From: Candidatus Methylomirabilia bacterium
GTDB lineage: Bacteria; Methylomirabilota; Methylomirabilia; Rokubacteriales; CSP1-6
DNA length: 64,000 nucleotides
NCBI GenBank assembly: GCA_041496385.1
Contig: JBGQEL010000001.1
Span: 32,001-96,000, forward strand
Direction: 5' to 3'
This document shows, in pieces, positions 52,500-61,316 of this stretch; positions within the stretch are counted from its first letter, which is position 1, and each line of letters opens with the position of its first letter. Under the pieces are notes generated by a model. That model saw only the letters and a program-made list of their open reading frames with translations. It ran no database searches and was not told the DNA's origin. The translations under genes were made by a program, and so were the position numbers.

Positions 52500-53447
52500 A
52501 TGACGACTGCATTGCTCCGGCGCGCGGGCGCGCTCACGCGCGGCGATCTCCTCGAGGCCCCGCCCGGCGGGATGATCGAGATCCCCGATCGCTACCGCGC
52601 CTTCTACGGCATGACGCATCAGTTCGCGGCCGGCGAGCAGACGCTCGCGCTCACGGCCGGCCAGATCAACATCTCCGATTCGCTCGTGATCGACTCCACG
52701 TTCGACTTCTACGCGCTCGGGCGCGCGGCGATCTGGTCCCCCGCCGCCTCCGGCGGCCAGGGCAAGATCCAGCTGAAGATCGACCGGGAGCTGCAGTTCG
52801 CCGGCGCGGGCGGCGGCAACGACTCCGTCGGCTGCTACCTCTCGACGATCGGCACCGGCCGCTTTCCGCAATACCTGGCCGCCCCGCTGCTCATCCGTGG
52901 CAAGTCGACGTTCGTCGCCATCGCCGGCGACTTCCAGACCGTCGCCGCCGCGCTCACGCTCCGGACGCTGCACTTCGGCTACATCGTGCGGAAGGATCCG
53001 GTCGTCACGAAGCGCTGGTACGCCTCGCGTACGCCCTGGCGCTACATGGCCGACTTCACCGTCGAGGGCCCGCTCCTGGCGGCGCTCGGGGCAAACAAGA
53101 CCCAGCAGATCCCGGTCCCGATCGACCCCGACGGGGATTTCGAGGTCAAGAAGCTGATCATCGTCAGCGACGGCGAGGCCAAGCTGCAGGTCAAGAACGC
53201 GGACACGCGCGCCGAGTGGTTCCACCGCGCCGTCCACGTGTGGCTCCTCGGCGGCACAACGATCGACGCCGATCCGCCGGCGGGCGCCTGGCCCTTCCTG
53301 CTCCCCGACGAGTGTCCGGAGTTCATCGCCGCGCGCGGCGCGCTCTCCGTCACCGCGCAGGATCTCTCCGGCGCCAGCAACCGGATGCAGGTGATCTTCG
53401 AGGGCGACAAGCTCAAGCCCGCCGGCGGCCTGCGGGTGGGAGGTTGA
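52500..53447 (+). CDS. Putative double jelly-roll capsid protein with internal duplication
   Basis: Halves align: IDSTFDF/IDPDGDF, GKIQLK/AKLQVK, GRFPQYL/GAWPFLL, AGDF/AQDL, HFGY/FEGD. Confidence 0.6.
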   Translation: MTTALLRRAGALTRGDLLEAPPGGMIEIPDRYRAFYGMTHQFAAGEQTLALTAGQINISDSLVIDSTFDFYALGRAAIWSPAASGGQGKIQLKIDRELQFAGAGGGNDSVGCYLSTIGTGRFPQYLAAPLLIRGKSTFVAIAGDFQTVAAALTLRTLHFGYIVRKDPVVTKRWYASRTPWRYMADFTVEGPLLAALGANKTQQIPVPIDPDGDFEVKKLIIVSDGEAKLQVKNADTRAEWFHRAVHVWLLGGTTIDADPPAGAWPFLLPDECPEFIAARGALSVTAQDLSGASNRMQVIFEGDKLKPAGGLRVGG

Positions 53448-53449
53448 TC

Positions 53450-54709
53450 ATGCGCACGCGACTCCTCGGCGCCCTCGGCGCCCTCGTCCTGCTCCTGACG
53501 TGCGCGCCCGACGCCTCCGCCCAGGGCGTGAAAGGGAAGTTCCCCCTGTCCGTGCGGGGCGGGCCCAGCCAGCAGAACACCGCCCGCGTCGATACGTCGA
53601 CGACGCCGCAGCGCTTCGAGCTCGGCTGCGAGGTCGACCAGGAGGGCGGCACCACGGTGAACGGATTGCGCTTCACCGGGAACACGGCCACGAACAATCC
53701 GACCATCGCGACCTTCGGCTGCCCCAACGGGGGCGACGCCTCGCCGAGCCTGACACTGGCGCCGGCGGGCGCGCTGACCCTCTTGGGCAATCCCTCGGCG
53801 ACGCCGGCGACGGAGACGCTCTCGGGTCAGCCGGGCACCGGCACCAACATCGCCGGCGGCAAGCTCACGCTGCGCGGTGGCAACGGCACCGGCACCGGCG
53901 GGTCCGGAGGCTTCGAGATCGACGTCGCCTACCCCGGCGGGTCGGGCGCGGCCGCCGACACCTTCTCGGCCGCGTTCAACGCCTTCGCGACGAACAACCA
54001 GGCGGCCGGCGCCGCGTTCGCCAACCAGTTCTTCCTGCTCACGGCGACCGTGAATCAGTCCGGGACCGCCGGCTACTGCTTCCTCTGCGGCTCCGTGACG
54101 GAGACGGCCACCGGCTCCGGCGCGAAGAACCTGATCGAGCTGCAGGTGGGCGGCAGCGACAAGTTCGTGGTGGACGACACGGGCCAGATCACGACGGGCT
54201 TCCTCGGCGCGCGGACGGACATCGTCCAGTTCTACATGGCCGTGACCGAGTGCACGAACGATACCCTGGCGAACCTCAAGCCCACACGGGTCGCCCCCAA
54301 CGACTGGGCGCTCGCGCGCACGGCCGCCGGCGCCGAGACCTACCAGATCGCCTGCCACCTGAACGCGCCGACGCGGACCACGGCCGGCAAGGGCTGGAAG
54401 CTGACCGCCTTCTCGATCTCGCAATTCATCGGCACGGCGGCCCTCACCTCCAACACCTTCAACGCGCTGAGCACCGTCGCCTACGCGAACAACGTCGCCA
54501 ACGCGGTCGCGGCCTACGGCGGCTCGATCACGATCACGATGCCGACCGCGACCCAGGCGAATCCCTATCTGACCGCGGGGACCGTCGGGACGCCGGCGTT
54601 CATGAACACGACCAGCGCGGCGATCGACGTGGACTTCACCGTGGTCATGCAAAACACCGGCGTCTATCGCCTCTACGGGATCAGCGCCACCTGGACGCAG
54701 CAGGACTAG
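53450..54709 (+). CDS. Signal-peptide-bearing Gly/Thr-rich spike/fibre-like protein
   Basis: GGAGG RBS; MRTRLLGALGALVLLL...ASA; GGKLTLRGGNGTGTGGSGG fibre-like motif; beta-rich C-terminal domain. Confidence 0.75.
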   Translation: MRTRLLGALGALVLLLTCAPDASAQGVKGKFPLSVRGGPSQQNTARVDTSTTPQRFELGCEVDQEGGTTVNGLRFTGNTATNNPTIATFGCPNGGDASPSLTLAPAGALTLLGNPSATPATETLSGQPGTGTNIAGGKLTLRGGNGTGTGGSGGFEIDVAYPGGSGAAADTFSAAFNAFATNNQAAGAAFANQFFLLTATVNQSGTAGYCFLCGSVTETATGSGAKNLIELQVGGSDKFVVDDTGQITTGFLGARTDIVQFYMAVTECTNDTLANLKPTRVAPNDWALARTAAGAETYQIACHLNAPTRTTAGKGWKLTAFSISQFIGTAALTSNTFNALSTVAYANNVANAVAAYGGSITITMPTATQANPYLTAGTVGTPAFMNTTSAAIDVDFTVVMQNTGVYRLYGISATWTQQD

Positions 54710-54723
54710 GAAAGGAGCTCGTC

Positions 54724-55116
54724 ATGACCGACCCCACGACCGGAAAGAAGAAGTCCATGCCCGGATACCCGCCGAAGGGCCACACCGATCGCAGCTGGCC
54801 GACGTGCGGCAATTGCAACGGCAACGGCGCGATCACCGAGCAGCTCGCGATCGACGGCCGGGGCCTGAAGGGCGACCCCTGCGCGTCCTGCAACGGCGTG
54901 GGGCGCGTGCCGGATCCCGCCTGGCCCAAGTGCGGCTGCGACCAGGTCAGCGACGACTGTGTCGTGTGCTTCGGTCTCGGCCAGTTCTCGCCCGAGGTCC
55001 AGGCCTCGCTCGCGGACCGGCTGAAGGCGGCCCAGGGCGCCATCGACAACGCGGTCGCGCGCATGCGCGTCCTGCGCACCGCGGCGGCGCCCCCGAGGGA
55101 TCCGATCGCAAGGTAG
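54724..55116 (+). CDS. DnaJ-type CxxCxGxG zinc-finger protein
   Basis: AAGGAG RBS; CGNCNGNG, CASCNGVG, CVVCFGLG; C-terminal helix. Confidence 0.8.
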   Translation: MTDPTTGKKKSMPGYPPKGHTDRSWPTCGNCNGNGAITEQLAIDGRGLKGDPCASCNGVGRVPDPAWPKCGCDQVSDDCVVCFGLGQFSPEVQASLADRLKAAQGAIDNAVARMRVLRTAAAPPRDPIAR

Positions 55117-55136
55117 CCCGAGGTCCTGATCGCCCG

Positions 55137-55196
55137 GCGGGCGCCGCCGCGCACGGCGCCCGCGGATCCTTTTGTGAACGGCGGGAAGGGTGTGCC
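55137..55196 (+). repeat. Leader repeat copy 2
   Basis: Same hairpin and 19-mer as 52433-52493; TTTT follows the hairpin here. Confidence 0.9.
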
Positions 55197-55201
55197 CGCA
55201 C

Positions 55202-55729
55202 ATGGGCAGCGGCCTCGGAGACTATCCGCTTCGGCACCTGCCGATCGAGATCCTGCACGATCTCATCGCGCGCGCGCAGGACGTCAACCCGCAGTCCCCG
55301 TTGGACGAAATCAAGCTCTGGCTCGCCACCAAGCCGCCGTTCGCGGCCTGGTTCATCCGGGGCGAGTCCATCACGCTCAACGTCGGGGACTCGCGGATTC
55401 CGGTCACCGCCTTCCGGATCCCGCAGGGCGACGTCGGCGTCCTGGTCTTCTTCGCCAACGCCGTCGGCGCCGCGGCGGACTACGCCAGCGTGACCTTCGA
55501 GCTCGATCGCGACGGCGCGGCGATCCCCGGGTTCGCCTCGATCATCGGGCCGCTCACGTTGTCCGCGCAGGAGCCCTGGCGCGTCATGGAGCCGCTCACG
55601 GCCGGCGCGCGCGTGCAGGTCGTCGCCACGAACACCGGGACCAGCCAGATCCAGAACGTCCAGGCCTTTCTCGCCGGCTGGTACTGGACGCCGCAGAGCC
55701 ATCCCGGGCCCGCCGCGGTGGGAGGCTAG
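55202..55729 (+). CDS. Putative single jelly-roll minor capsid/penton-like protein
   Basis: Beta-rich; FRIPQGDVGVL, PLTAGARVQVVATN, AFLAGWY pattern parallels the other two candidates. Confidence 0.55.
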   Translation: MGSGLGDYPLRHLPIEILHDLIARAQDVNPQSPLDEIKLWLATKPPFAAWFIRGESITLNVGDSRIPVTAFRIPQGDVGVLVFFANAVGAAADYASVTFELDRDGAAIPGFASIIGPLTLSAQEPWRVMEPLTAGARVQVVATNTGTSQIQNVQAFLAGWYWTPQSHPGPAAVGG

Positions 55730-55732
55730 GCG

Positions 55733-56077
55733 ATGCAATCCGATCGCGATCCCAGCGTCTTCAACATTCCCCAAGGCGTCGGCGGAGCCACGGTGCCGAC
55801 GGTGCAGACGGGCGGATCGACGATCACGCCGATCACCGACGTGACCGTCACCAACGTCGCCACGCTCCTGCGCGCGGCAAATAACAGCCGCCTGGTCCTG
55901 GGCGGCACGAACGACGACCCGGGCGTCAACATGCGGATCGGCGACGCGACGGTCGCCGCCGCGAAGGGCCAGCGGATCGCCGCCGGTGCCGCGTTCAAGA
56001 CGAATGTCACCGCGGCCGTCTTCGGGATCTCCGAGGGCGCGAACATCGTCGTCTCGCTGACCGAGGAGGTCCGATGA
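55733..56077 (+). CDS. Small beta-sandwich structural protein
   Basis: GGAGG RBS; alternating Val/Thr strands. Confidence 0.65.
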   Translation: MQSDRDPSVFNIPQGVGGATVPTVQTGGSTITPITDVTVTNVATLLRAANNSRLVLGGTNDDPGVNMRIGDATVAAAKGQRIAAGAAFKTNVTAAVFGISEGANIVVSLTEEVR

Positions 56078-57426
56078 TCCGGGCGCTCCGGCTGCTCTGG
56101 GCGCCCACGCGGCGCCTCGAGACGCTCGGCTGGATCCTCATCGCCCTGCTGGCCGGCGGGGCGTGGGCGGTCGACGTCACCGTCCCGCCGCCCACCCCGC
56201 AGGTCGTGCTCGGCTGGAAGGACGTCACGAAGTACGGCGCCAAGTGCGACAACGTGACCGACGACACCGCGGCGTTCACCGCGGCCTTTGCCGCGGCCGC
56301 CACGATCCCTGGCGGCACCGTCTACGTGCCGCCCACGGCGACGCCCTGCCTCTTCAGCCAGCTCCTCGCCAACGCGAATTGGAGCTACGTCACCTTCCGC
56401 GGCGGCGGGGCGTCCGACGACAACATCGTGGCGAAGGGGCCCGGGCAGCTCAAGCATACCGGCGCCGCGCAAGCGATCCTGTTCCCGACGAACGTCGCGA
56501 TCAGCAATTTCGTCATGCAGGACCTGGATCTCCTCTGCAACGGAAACAGCACCCAGGGGATCGACATCAGCCCCGGCAGCTCCGGGGGGAACTTCCTCGT
56601 GCGGTCGACCTTCGAGCGAGTCTCCGTCCATGGCTGCACGGCGACCGGGGCGAACGGCGTCAGTCACGAGGCCGGCGTCAACAACACCTTCCGGCAGATC
56701 TACACCTACGGGAACTTCACCGGCTTCGCGATCAGCGGCAATCAGAGCACGGCGCTCACGGCCTACGGGCTCCGCTCGCGGGTCAACAACCTGCGCGGGC
56801 TCAGCATCAGCGGATGCGCCTCCCCGGCTCACCTGACCTTCGTCGACGCGCTCATCGAGTCGAACAAGGACGCCGGCGTGGTGATCGATCCCGTGAACAA
56901 TATTTGCTACGGGATCTCCTTCTTCCACTCGTCGCTGTGGACGAACAACACCCTGTCCGGCCCGACGCAGTTCGTGACCACCACGAGCGGAACGGGCACC
57001 GTCCGGAACGTGCTCCTCGACGGCGTGACGTTCGCGGGCGCCGGCGGCGCGATCAATGACATCGATCTCGCGGCCTGCATCCAGTGCGACGTGCACAACG
57101 TGGTCGGCGGCGCCGTCTCCGGCGCGGCCATCCTCAAGATCACGGGCACGAGCAGCCGGGTCCGATTCTGGGGGATCAACGCCGCCTCCGGCGGGACGAT
57201 CGACAATCCGGCGAGCGGCCTCGTCGAGTTCGGCCTCGGGGCGACCAACGCGAGTCAGGGGTTCCCGTCGACGATGCGGATCCCGTCGACGACCTTCTCC
57301 AACCTCCCAACCGCCGAAAACTTCTCGATCGTAGGCTGCAGCGATTGCACGGTGGCGAACCCGTGCGCCGGCTCTGGCACGGGCGCCGTCGCCAAGCGAC
57401 TCAACGGTGCCTGGGTCTGCAACTGA
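56074..57426 (+). CDS. Signal-peptide-bearing pectate-lyase-like beta-helix protein (receptor binding/depolymerase)
   Basis: GAGGAGG RBS; DVTKYGAKCDNVTDDTAAFTAA...GGTVYVP motif; Asn/Ile ladder; Cys-rich C-terminus. Confidence 0.8.
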   Translation: MIRALRLLWAPTRRLETLGWILIALLAGGAWAVDVTVPPPTPQVVLGWKDVTKYGAKCDNVTDDTAAFTAAFAAAATIPGGTVYVPPTATPCLFSQLLANANWSYVTFRGGGASDDNIVAKGPGQLKHTGAAQAILFPTNVAISNFVMQDLDLLCNGNSTQGIDISPGSSGGNFLVRSTFERVSVHGCTATGANGVSHEAGVNNTFRQIYTYGNFTGFAISGNQSTALTAYGLRSRVNNLRGLSISGCASPAHLTFVDALIESNKDAGVVIDPVNNICYGISFFHSSLWTNNTLSGPTQFVTTTSGTGTVRNVLLDGVTFAGAGGAINDIDLAACIQCDVHNVVGGAVSGAAILKITGTSSRVRFWGINAASGGTIDNPASGLVEFGLGATNASQGFPSTMRIPSTTFSNLPTAENFSIVGCSDCTVANPCAGSGTGAVAKRLNGAWVCN

Positions 57427-57785
57427 TGCCCCCCGTCAACAGCGGCCTCCTCTACGACGAGCAGGGGCGCGTGCTGACCGTCAAGCGGACGCTCGGCAAC
57501 CCCGCGGCCGCTGGCAACACGGAGATCGTCGGCGCCGTCGCCGGGAGCAAGATCCGCGTGCTGGCCGTGACGGCGATCGCCTCGGCGGCCGTCAACATGA
57601 AGTTTCAGACGAACGTGACCGATATCTCCCCGCTCTGGCCGCTCGCGGCGAACGGCGGCCTCGTCCAGCCCCACAACGACCACGGCTGGGAAGAGACGGT
57701 CGCCGGCGATCCCCTGAACGTGAACCTGAGCGGTAACGTCGCGGTCGCCGTCCAGATCACCTACGTCCGCATCCTGGTCCCGTGA
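57426..57785 (+). CDS. Small beta-sandwich structural protein
   Basis: TGATG coupling; KIRVLAVT, LAANGG, GDPLNVNLSG, VQITYV. Confidence 0.65.
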   Translation: MPPVNSGLLYDEQGRVLTVKRTLGNPAAAGNTEIVGAVAGSKIRVLAVTAIASAAVNMKFQTNVTDISPLWPLAANGGLVQPHNDHGWEETVAGDPLNVNLSGNVAVAVQITYVRILVP

Positions 57786-58027
57786 GCGTCCTCCTCCTGA
57801 TCGCCACGATCGTCCTCATGACGGCGCTCCTGGTGCGCGAGCTGCGCGCGGCCGTCGACCGGCTCCTCGAGGCGCTCCGCGCCGAGGTGATCACGCCGCT
57901 CGCGCCGGCGCCCGTGACCTTGCCGATCCCGCTGCGGCTGCACTGCGGCCACGTCGCCGCCGCGGCGGTGCTCCATCCGGGCGGCGTCTACGTCTGCCAG
58001 GCGTGCCACGCGCAGCGGGCCGCATGA
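57782..58027 (+). CDS. Small N-anchored membrane protein with Cys/His cluster
   Basis: GTGA coupling; N-terminal TM helix; HCGH...CQACH. Confidence 0.65.
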   Translation: MSVLLLIATIVLMTALLVRELRAAVDRLLEALRAEVITPLAPAPVTLPIPLRLHCGHVAAAAVLHPGGVYVCQACHAQRAA

Positions 58028-58788
58028 GGACGCGCTCCCGCGTCACGGCGATCCTGCTCCTGCTGCTCTGGGCGTCCTCGGCCTGGGCGGGTGTCGCCTT
58101 CGACAACAAGGGCTCGGCGACCGCCATCACCAACACGACGATCACGACGCCGGCGTTCACGATCGCCGCGGGCGCAACCGTCATCGCCGTCGGCGCCTCG
58201 CTGCAACACGCCACGGCCGACTACACCGCTGTGTCGTGGAGCCTCGGCAGTGGCACCGTCACGAAGGTCAAGGTGCTTCGCGATCACACCCTCAGCACCC
58301 CGGACAGCTACACGACGGTCTGGTGCATCAACGCGCCCACGACGGGCTCCGGGACGGTCACCGCGACGTCGGATACCTCGGTGCCGTTGCAGTTGAATGC
58401 GGCGAGCTTCACCGGCTCGGACACCACGACGCCCTGCCCCGCGGCGAATGCGCAGACCTCGGCGTCAGAAGCCACGTCGGTGACGGTGACGCCGACTGGC
58501 CTGGGCGCCAACGACGCGAGCTACGGCGCCGCGGGCAGCAACATCGGCAACAATCCCCTGGGCTGCACGACCGCGCTTCAGACCGATTCAAACACGGCGG
58601 AGAACCAGCAAACCGGCTACGCGCTCGGCACGACCGGCGTGGTCTGCACCTGGGACCTGGCCAACGGGCACAACACGACCTTCGTTGCGGTGCGGATCCA
58701 GGCGCCGAGCGGCGCCGCGGTGAAGTTCCGCCGCACGTTGAATCCCTTCGGCGCGCGCGCCGGCTCGCGCCCCTGGGGGGCCCAGTGA
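58024..58788 (+). CDS. Signal-peptide-bearing Thr-rich beta protein
   Basis: MRTRSRVTAILLLLLWASSAWA; four Cys; ATGA coupling. Confidence 0.75.
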   Translation: MRTRSRVTAILLLLLWASSAWAGVAFDNKGSATAITNTTITTPAFTIAAGATVIAVGASLQHATADYTAVSWSLGSGTVTKVKVLRDHTLSTPDSYTTVWCINAPTTGSGTVTATSDTSVPLQLNAASFTGSDTTTPCPAANAQTSASEATSVTVTPTGLGANDASYGAAGSNIGNNPLGCTTALQTDSNTAENQQTGYALGTTGVVCTWDLANGHNTTFVAVRIQAPSGAAVKFRRTLNPFGARAGSRPWGAQ

Positions 58789-60290
58789 CCCGGCGCCTGC
58801 TCCTGATCCTCGCGCTGCTGCTGCTCGGCCCCGACGTCGCCGCGGCCGGCTCGATGCTGCTGAAGCAGTCCACGGCGTTTACCCGCGACTTCGTCATGAT
58901 CGCGTCGAGCGATCACATCGCCGGCAAGACCGCCGAAACCGTGTCCTGCACGCTGTCCAAGGCGGGCGGGGCCTTCGCGGCCTCCGGCGGCGCCGTCACC
59001 GAGCTGGCGAACTGGTGGTACAAGATCGCGCTGAACACGACGGACACGAACACCCTCGGCCAGCTCGCCTATCACTGCACGTCGGCGAACACCGACGCCT
59101 CCGACTTTGACGATCAGGTGGTGGTCATCGACCTGACCGATGCGGTGCGGCTCGGGCTGACGTCGCTGCCGAACGCCAACGCCGGGGCAAACACGGGCCT
59201 TCCCGTCGTCGGCACGCAGGTGCCGAACGCGACCGCCGGGGCGGCCGGTGGGCTTCTGATCTCGGGCGCGAACTCGGGCACGACCACCTTCGGGGCGGTC
59301 ACGATCACGGGCACGTTCACGATCTCCGACGGGATCGTCGTGACGCGCTCCTCGAGCAATGCGTCCGCCCTCAGCTTGACGGGCAACGGCACCGGCCACG
59401 GCCTGATCGCGACGAGCGGAGCCGGCGCCACTGGCGACGGGATCCGCGGCGTCGCGGGCTCGACGAATGGCAACGGGCTCACCCTGCTCGGCGTGGGCAC
59501 CGGCGCCGGGCTGGCGGTCACGGGCGGGGCCACGGGCTCCGGCTTCTCCCTCACGGGCGGCGCGACGTCGGGCGCCGGCCTCAGCGTGACGACGACGGCG
59601 GGCGATGGGTTCTCGATCACGCCAACGGCCGGCAACGCGATCACGGCCACCGCGAACGGCACCTCGAAGCACGGCCTCGTCGCGACCGGCGGCACCGCGG
59701 GTACCTCCGACGGGATCAAGGGCGTCGCCGGCACCGGCGGCGTCGACATCCGCGGCAACCTCACCGGCAACGTGACCGGCAACCTGTCGGGCTCGGCGGG
59801 ATCCGTCACCGGCGCCGTCGGCTCGGTCACCGGCAACGTGGGCGGCTCGGTGGCGTCCGTGACGGCGCGCGTCACCGCGAACACGGATCAGTTCGCCGGC
59901 GCCGCGGTCGCTCTTGACGGGAACAATCTCCCGAAGGTCGACGTCGAGGATACGAAGGGCACCGCGCTGGCGGCCGCCCTGGGCGTCGACGTGAACGGGC
60001 GGATCAAGATCCAGGGCCCCCTCAACAAGAACGTCGCCAGTACGAAGTTCCCGTTCATGATGACCGACTCCACCAACCACAATCCGGACGCCGGCCTGGC
60101 GCCGGCGTGCACGCGATCGCTCGACGCCGGTGCGTTCGCCGCCGGCACCCTCGCCAACATCCTCGGCGTGTCGAACGGCGCCTATGTGCTGGACTTCGGC
60201 GCCGGGGACCTGAACGGCGGCTACCTGATGCTCCGGTGCACGGCCGCGGCCGCGGACGACACGTTCGTCACCCTGCCGATCTATCCATGA
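58785..60290 (+). CDS. Signal-peptide-bearing fibre-like protein (Gly-rich solenoid between two related end domains)
   Basis: (V/M)TRRLLLILALLLL...AAA; GxG repeats and GNVTG/GSVTG repeats; similar N- and C-terminal domains. Confidence 0.78.
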   Translation: MTRRLLLILALLLLGPDVAAAGSMLLKQSTAFTRDFVMIASSDHIAGKTAETVSCTLSKAGGAFAASGGAVTELANWWYKIALNTTDTNTLGQLAYHCTSANTDASDFDDQVVVIDLTDAVRLGLTSLPNANAGANTGLPVVGTQVPNATAGAAGGLLISGANSGTTTFGAVTITGTFTISDGIVVTRSSSNASALSLTGNGTGHGLIATSGAGATGDGIRGVAGSTNGNGLTLLGVGTGAGLAVTGGATGSGFSLTGGATSGAGLSVTTTAGDGFSITPTAGNAITATANGTSKHGLVATGGTAGTSDGIKGVAGTGGVDIRGNLTGNVTGNLSGSAGSVTGAVGSVTGNVGGSVASVTARVTANTDQFAGAAVALDGNNLPKVDVEDTKGTALAAALGVDVNGRIKIQGPLNKNVASTKFPFMMTDSTNHNPDAGLAPACTRSLDAGAFAAGTLANILGVSNGAYVLDFGAGDLNGGYLMLRCTAAAADDTFVTLPIYP

Positions 60291-60448
60291 CGATCATCCA
60301 GTGGATCAAGCAGGGCGGCCGCCGCTACGTCCAGCTGTCCGCCGCGGGGGCGAGCACGGTCGGGCAGGCCTGGACGAGCGTCGGCTCGGGCGGCGCCGCG
60401 CCGATCAGCAGCGTCCCCTACCGGACGCTCGTCGGGGTCGGCACATGA
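60287..60448 (+). CDS. Small hypothetical protein (53 aa)
   Basis: ATGA-coupled on both sides. Confidence 0.6.
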   Translation: MTIIQWIKQGGRRYVQLSAAGASTVGQAWTSVGSGGAAPISSVPYRTLVGVGT

Positions 60449-60723
60449 GGCGCGGCCGGACGGTCACCTTCCACGGCGCCTTCGGCTCGAAGGCCGCCGC
60501 GATCCGCAAGGAGCGCCAGCTCGTCGGCGCGTTCGTCCAGCCGCGGCTGATCCGCGGCGCCCAGCGCTACGTGGTCATGAGCCGGCGCGCGCGGCCGCGG
60601 CCGAACGCCCGCTACCGTCCCGCGACCAGCTCGAGCGGCTGGGACACCTATCTCCTCCTCGGCGGGATCGGCTACGCGCTCTACTACCTCTTCCTGCGCC
60701 CGGCGCCGGGCCCGGTCGTCTGA
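60445..60723 (+). CDS. Small basic protein with C-terminal TM helix
   Basis: Arg-rich N-terminus; YLLLGGIGYALYYLFL. Confidence 0.7.
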   Translation: MRRGRTVTFHGAFGSKAAAIRKERQLVGAFVQPRLIRGAQRYVVMSRRARPRPNARYRPATSSSGWDTYLLLGGIGYALYYLFLRPAPGPVV

Positions 60724-61316
60724 TGCTCGGCTTCTCCACGAGCATCGCGATCGCCGGCGTCCCCTCGGCCTGGGACACATTCATCTACCAGGCCGCTGGC
60801 GCAGATCCCACGATCATCGCGCTGGCCAAGGCGATCGTCGCTCGCGAGTCTGAGTGGAACCCGAACGCGATCAACCCGGCGGATCCGTCGTACGGGCTGA
60901 TGCAGATCCTCTACGGGCCCGGCGGGCCCTTCCCGTCGTACACCAAGCAGCAGCTCCTCGATCCGATCACGAATATCGAGCTCGGGATCCTCTTCCTGCG
61001 CCAGCAGCTCGCGCGCTACGCCGGGGATCTCCCCTCGGCGATCTCCGCCTACAACGCCGGCCACGCGACCAGCGCGAACCAGAGCTACGTCGACGACGTC
61101 CTGCTCTATGTCGCCTGGTACCTGGCGAATGATCCCCTCGCCGCCGGCGCCGCGGCGCCGCCGACGTCCACGTCGAGCGACACGGGCGACACGGTGCCGA
61201 GCGACACGACGTCGCCGCCGGCGGACGGCTCGATCGACACTGCACAGGCCGGGCTGGGCGTCGCCGGCGCGATCGCGCTCGGGATCGCCGCGGTGGTCGC
61301 CCTGGGGTCCAAGTGA
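60723..61316 (+). CDS. Lytic transglycosylase (SLT) with C-terminal membrane anchor
   Basis: AIVARES, YGLMQI, NIELG..FL, AYNAG; Ser/Thr/Pro linker; terminal TM helix. Confidence 0.9.
   Translation: MLGFSTSIAIAGVPSAWDTFIYQAAGADPTIIALAKAIVARESEWNPNAINPADPSYGLMQILYGPGGPFPSYTKQQLLDPITNIELGILFLRQQLARYAGDLPSAISAYNAGHATSANQSYVDDVLLYVAWYLANDPLAAGAAAPPTSTSSDTGDTVPSDTTSPPADGSIDTAQAGLGVAGAIALGIAAVVALGSK

Noticed and set aside
52463..60290. ORF-track calls of 748, 538 and 684 aa (52463, 53500, 58236)
   Set aside because: N-terminal parts are off-frame overlaps of real genes; RBS and coupling place the starts at 53450, 54724 and 58785
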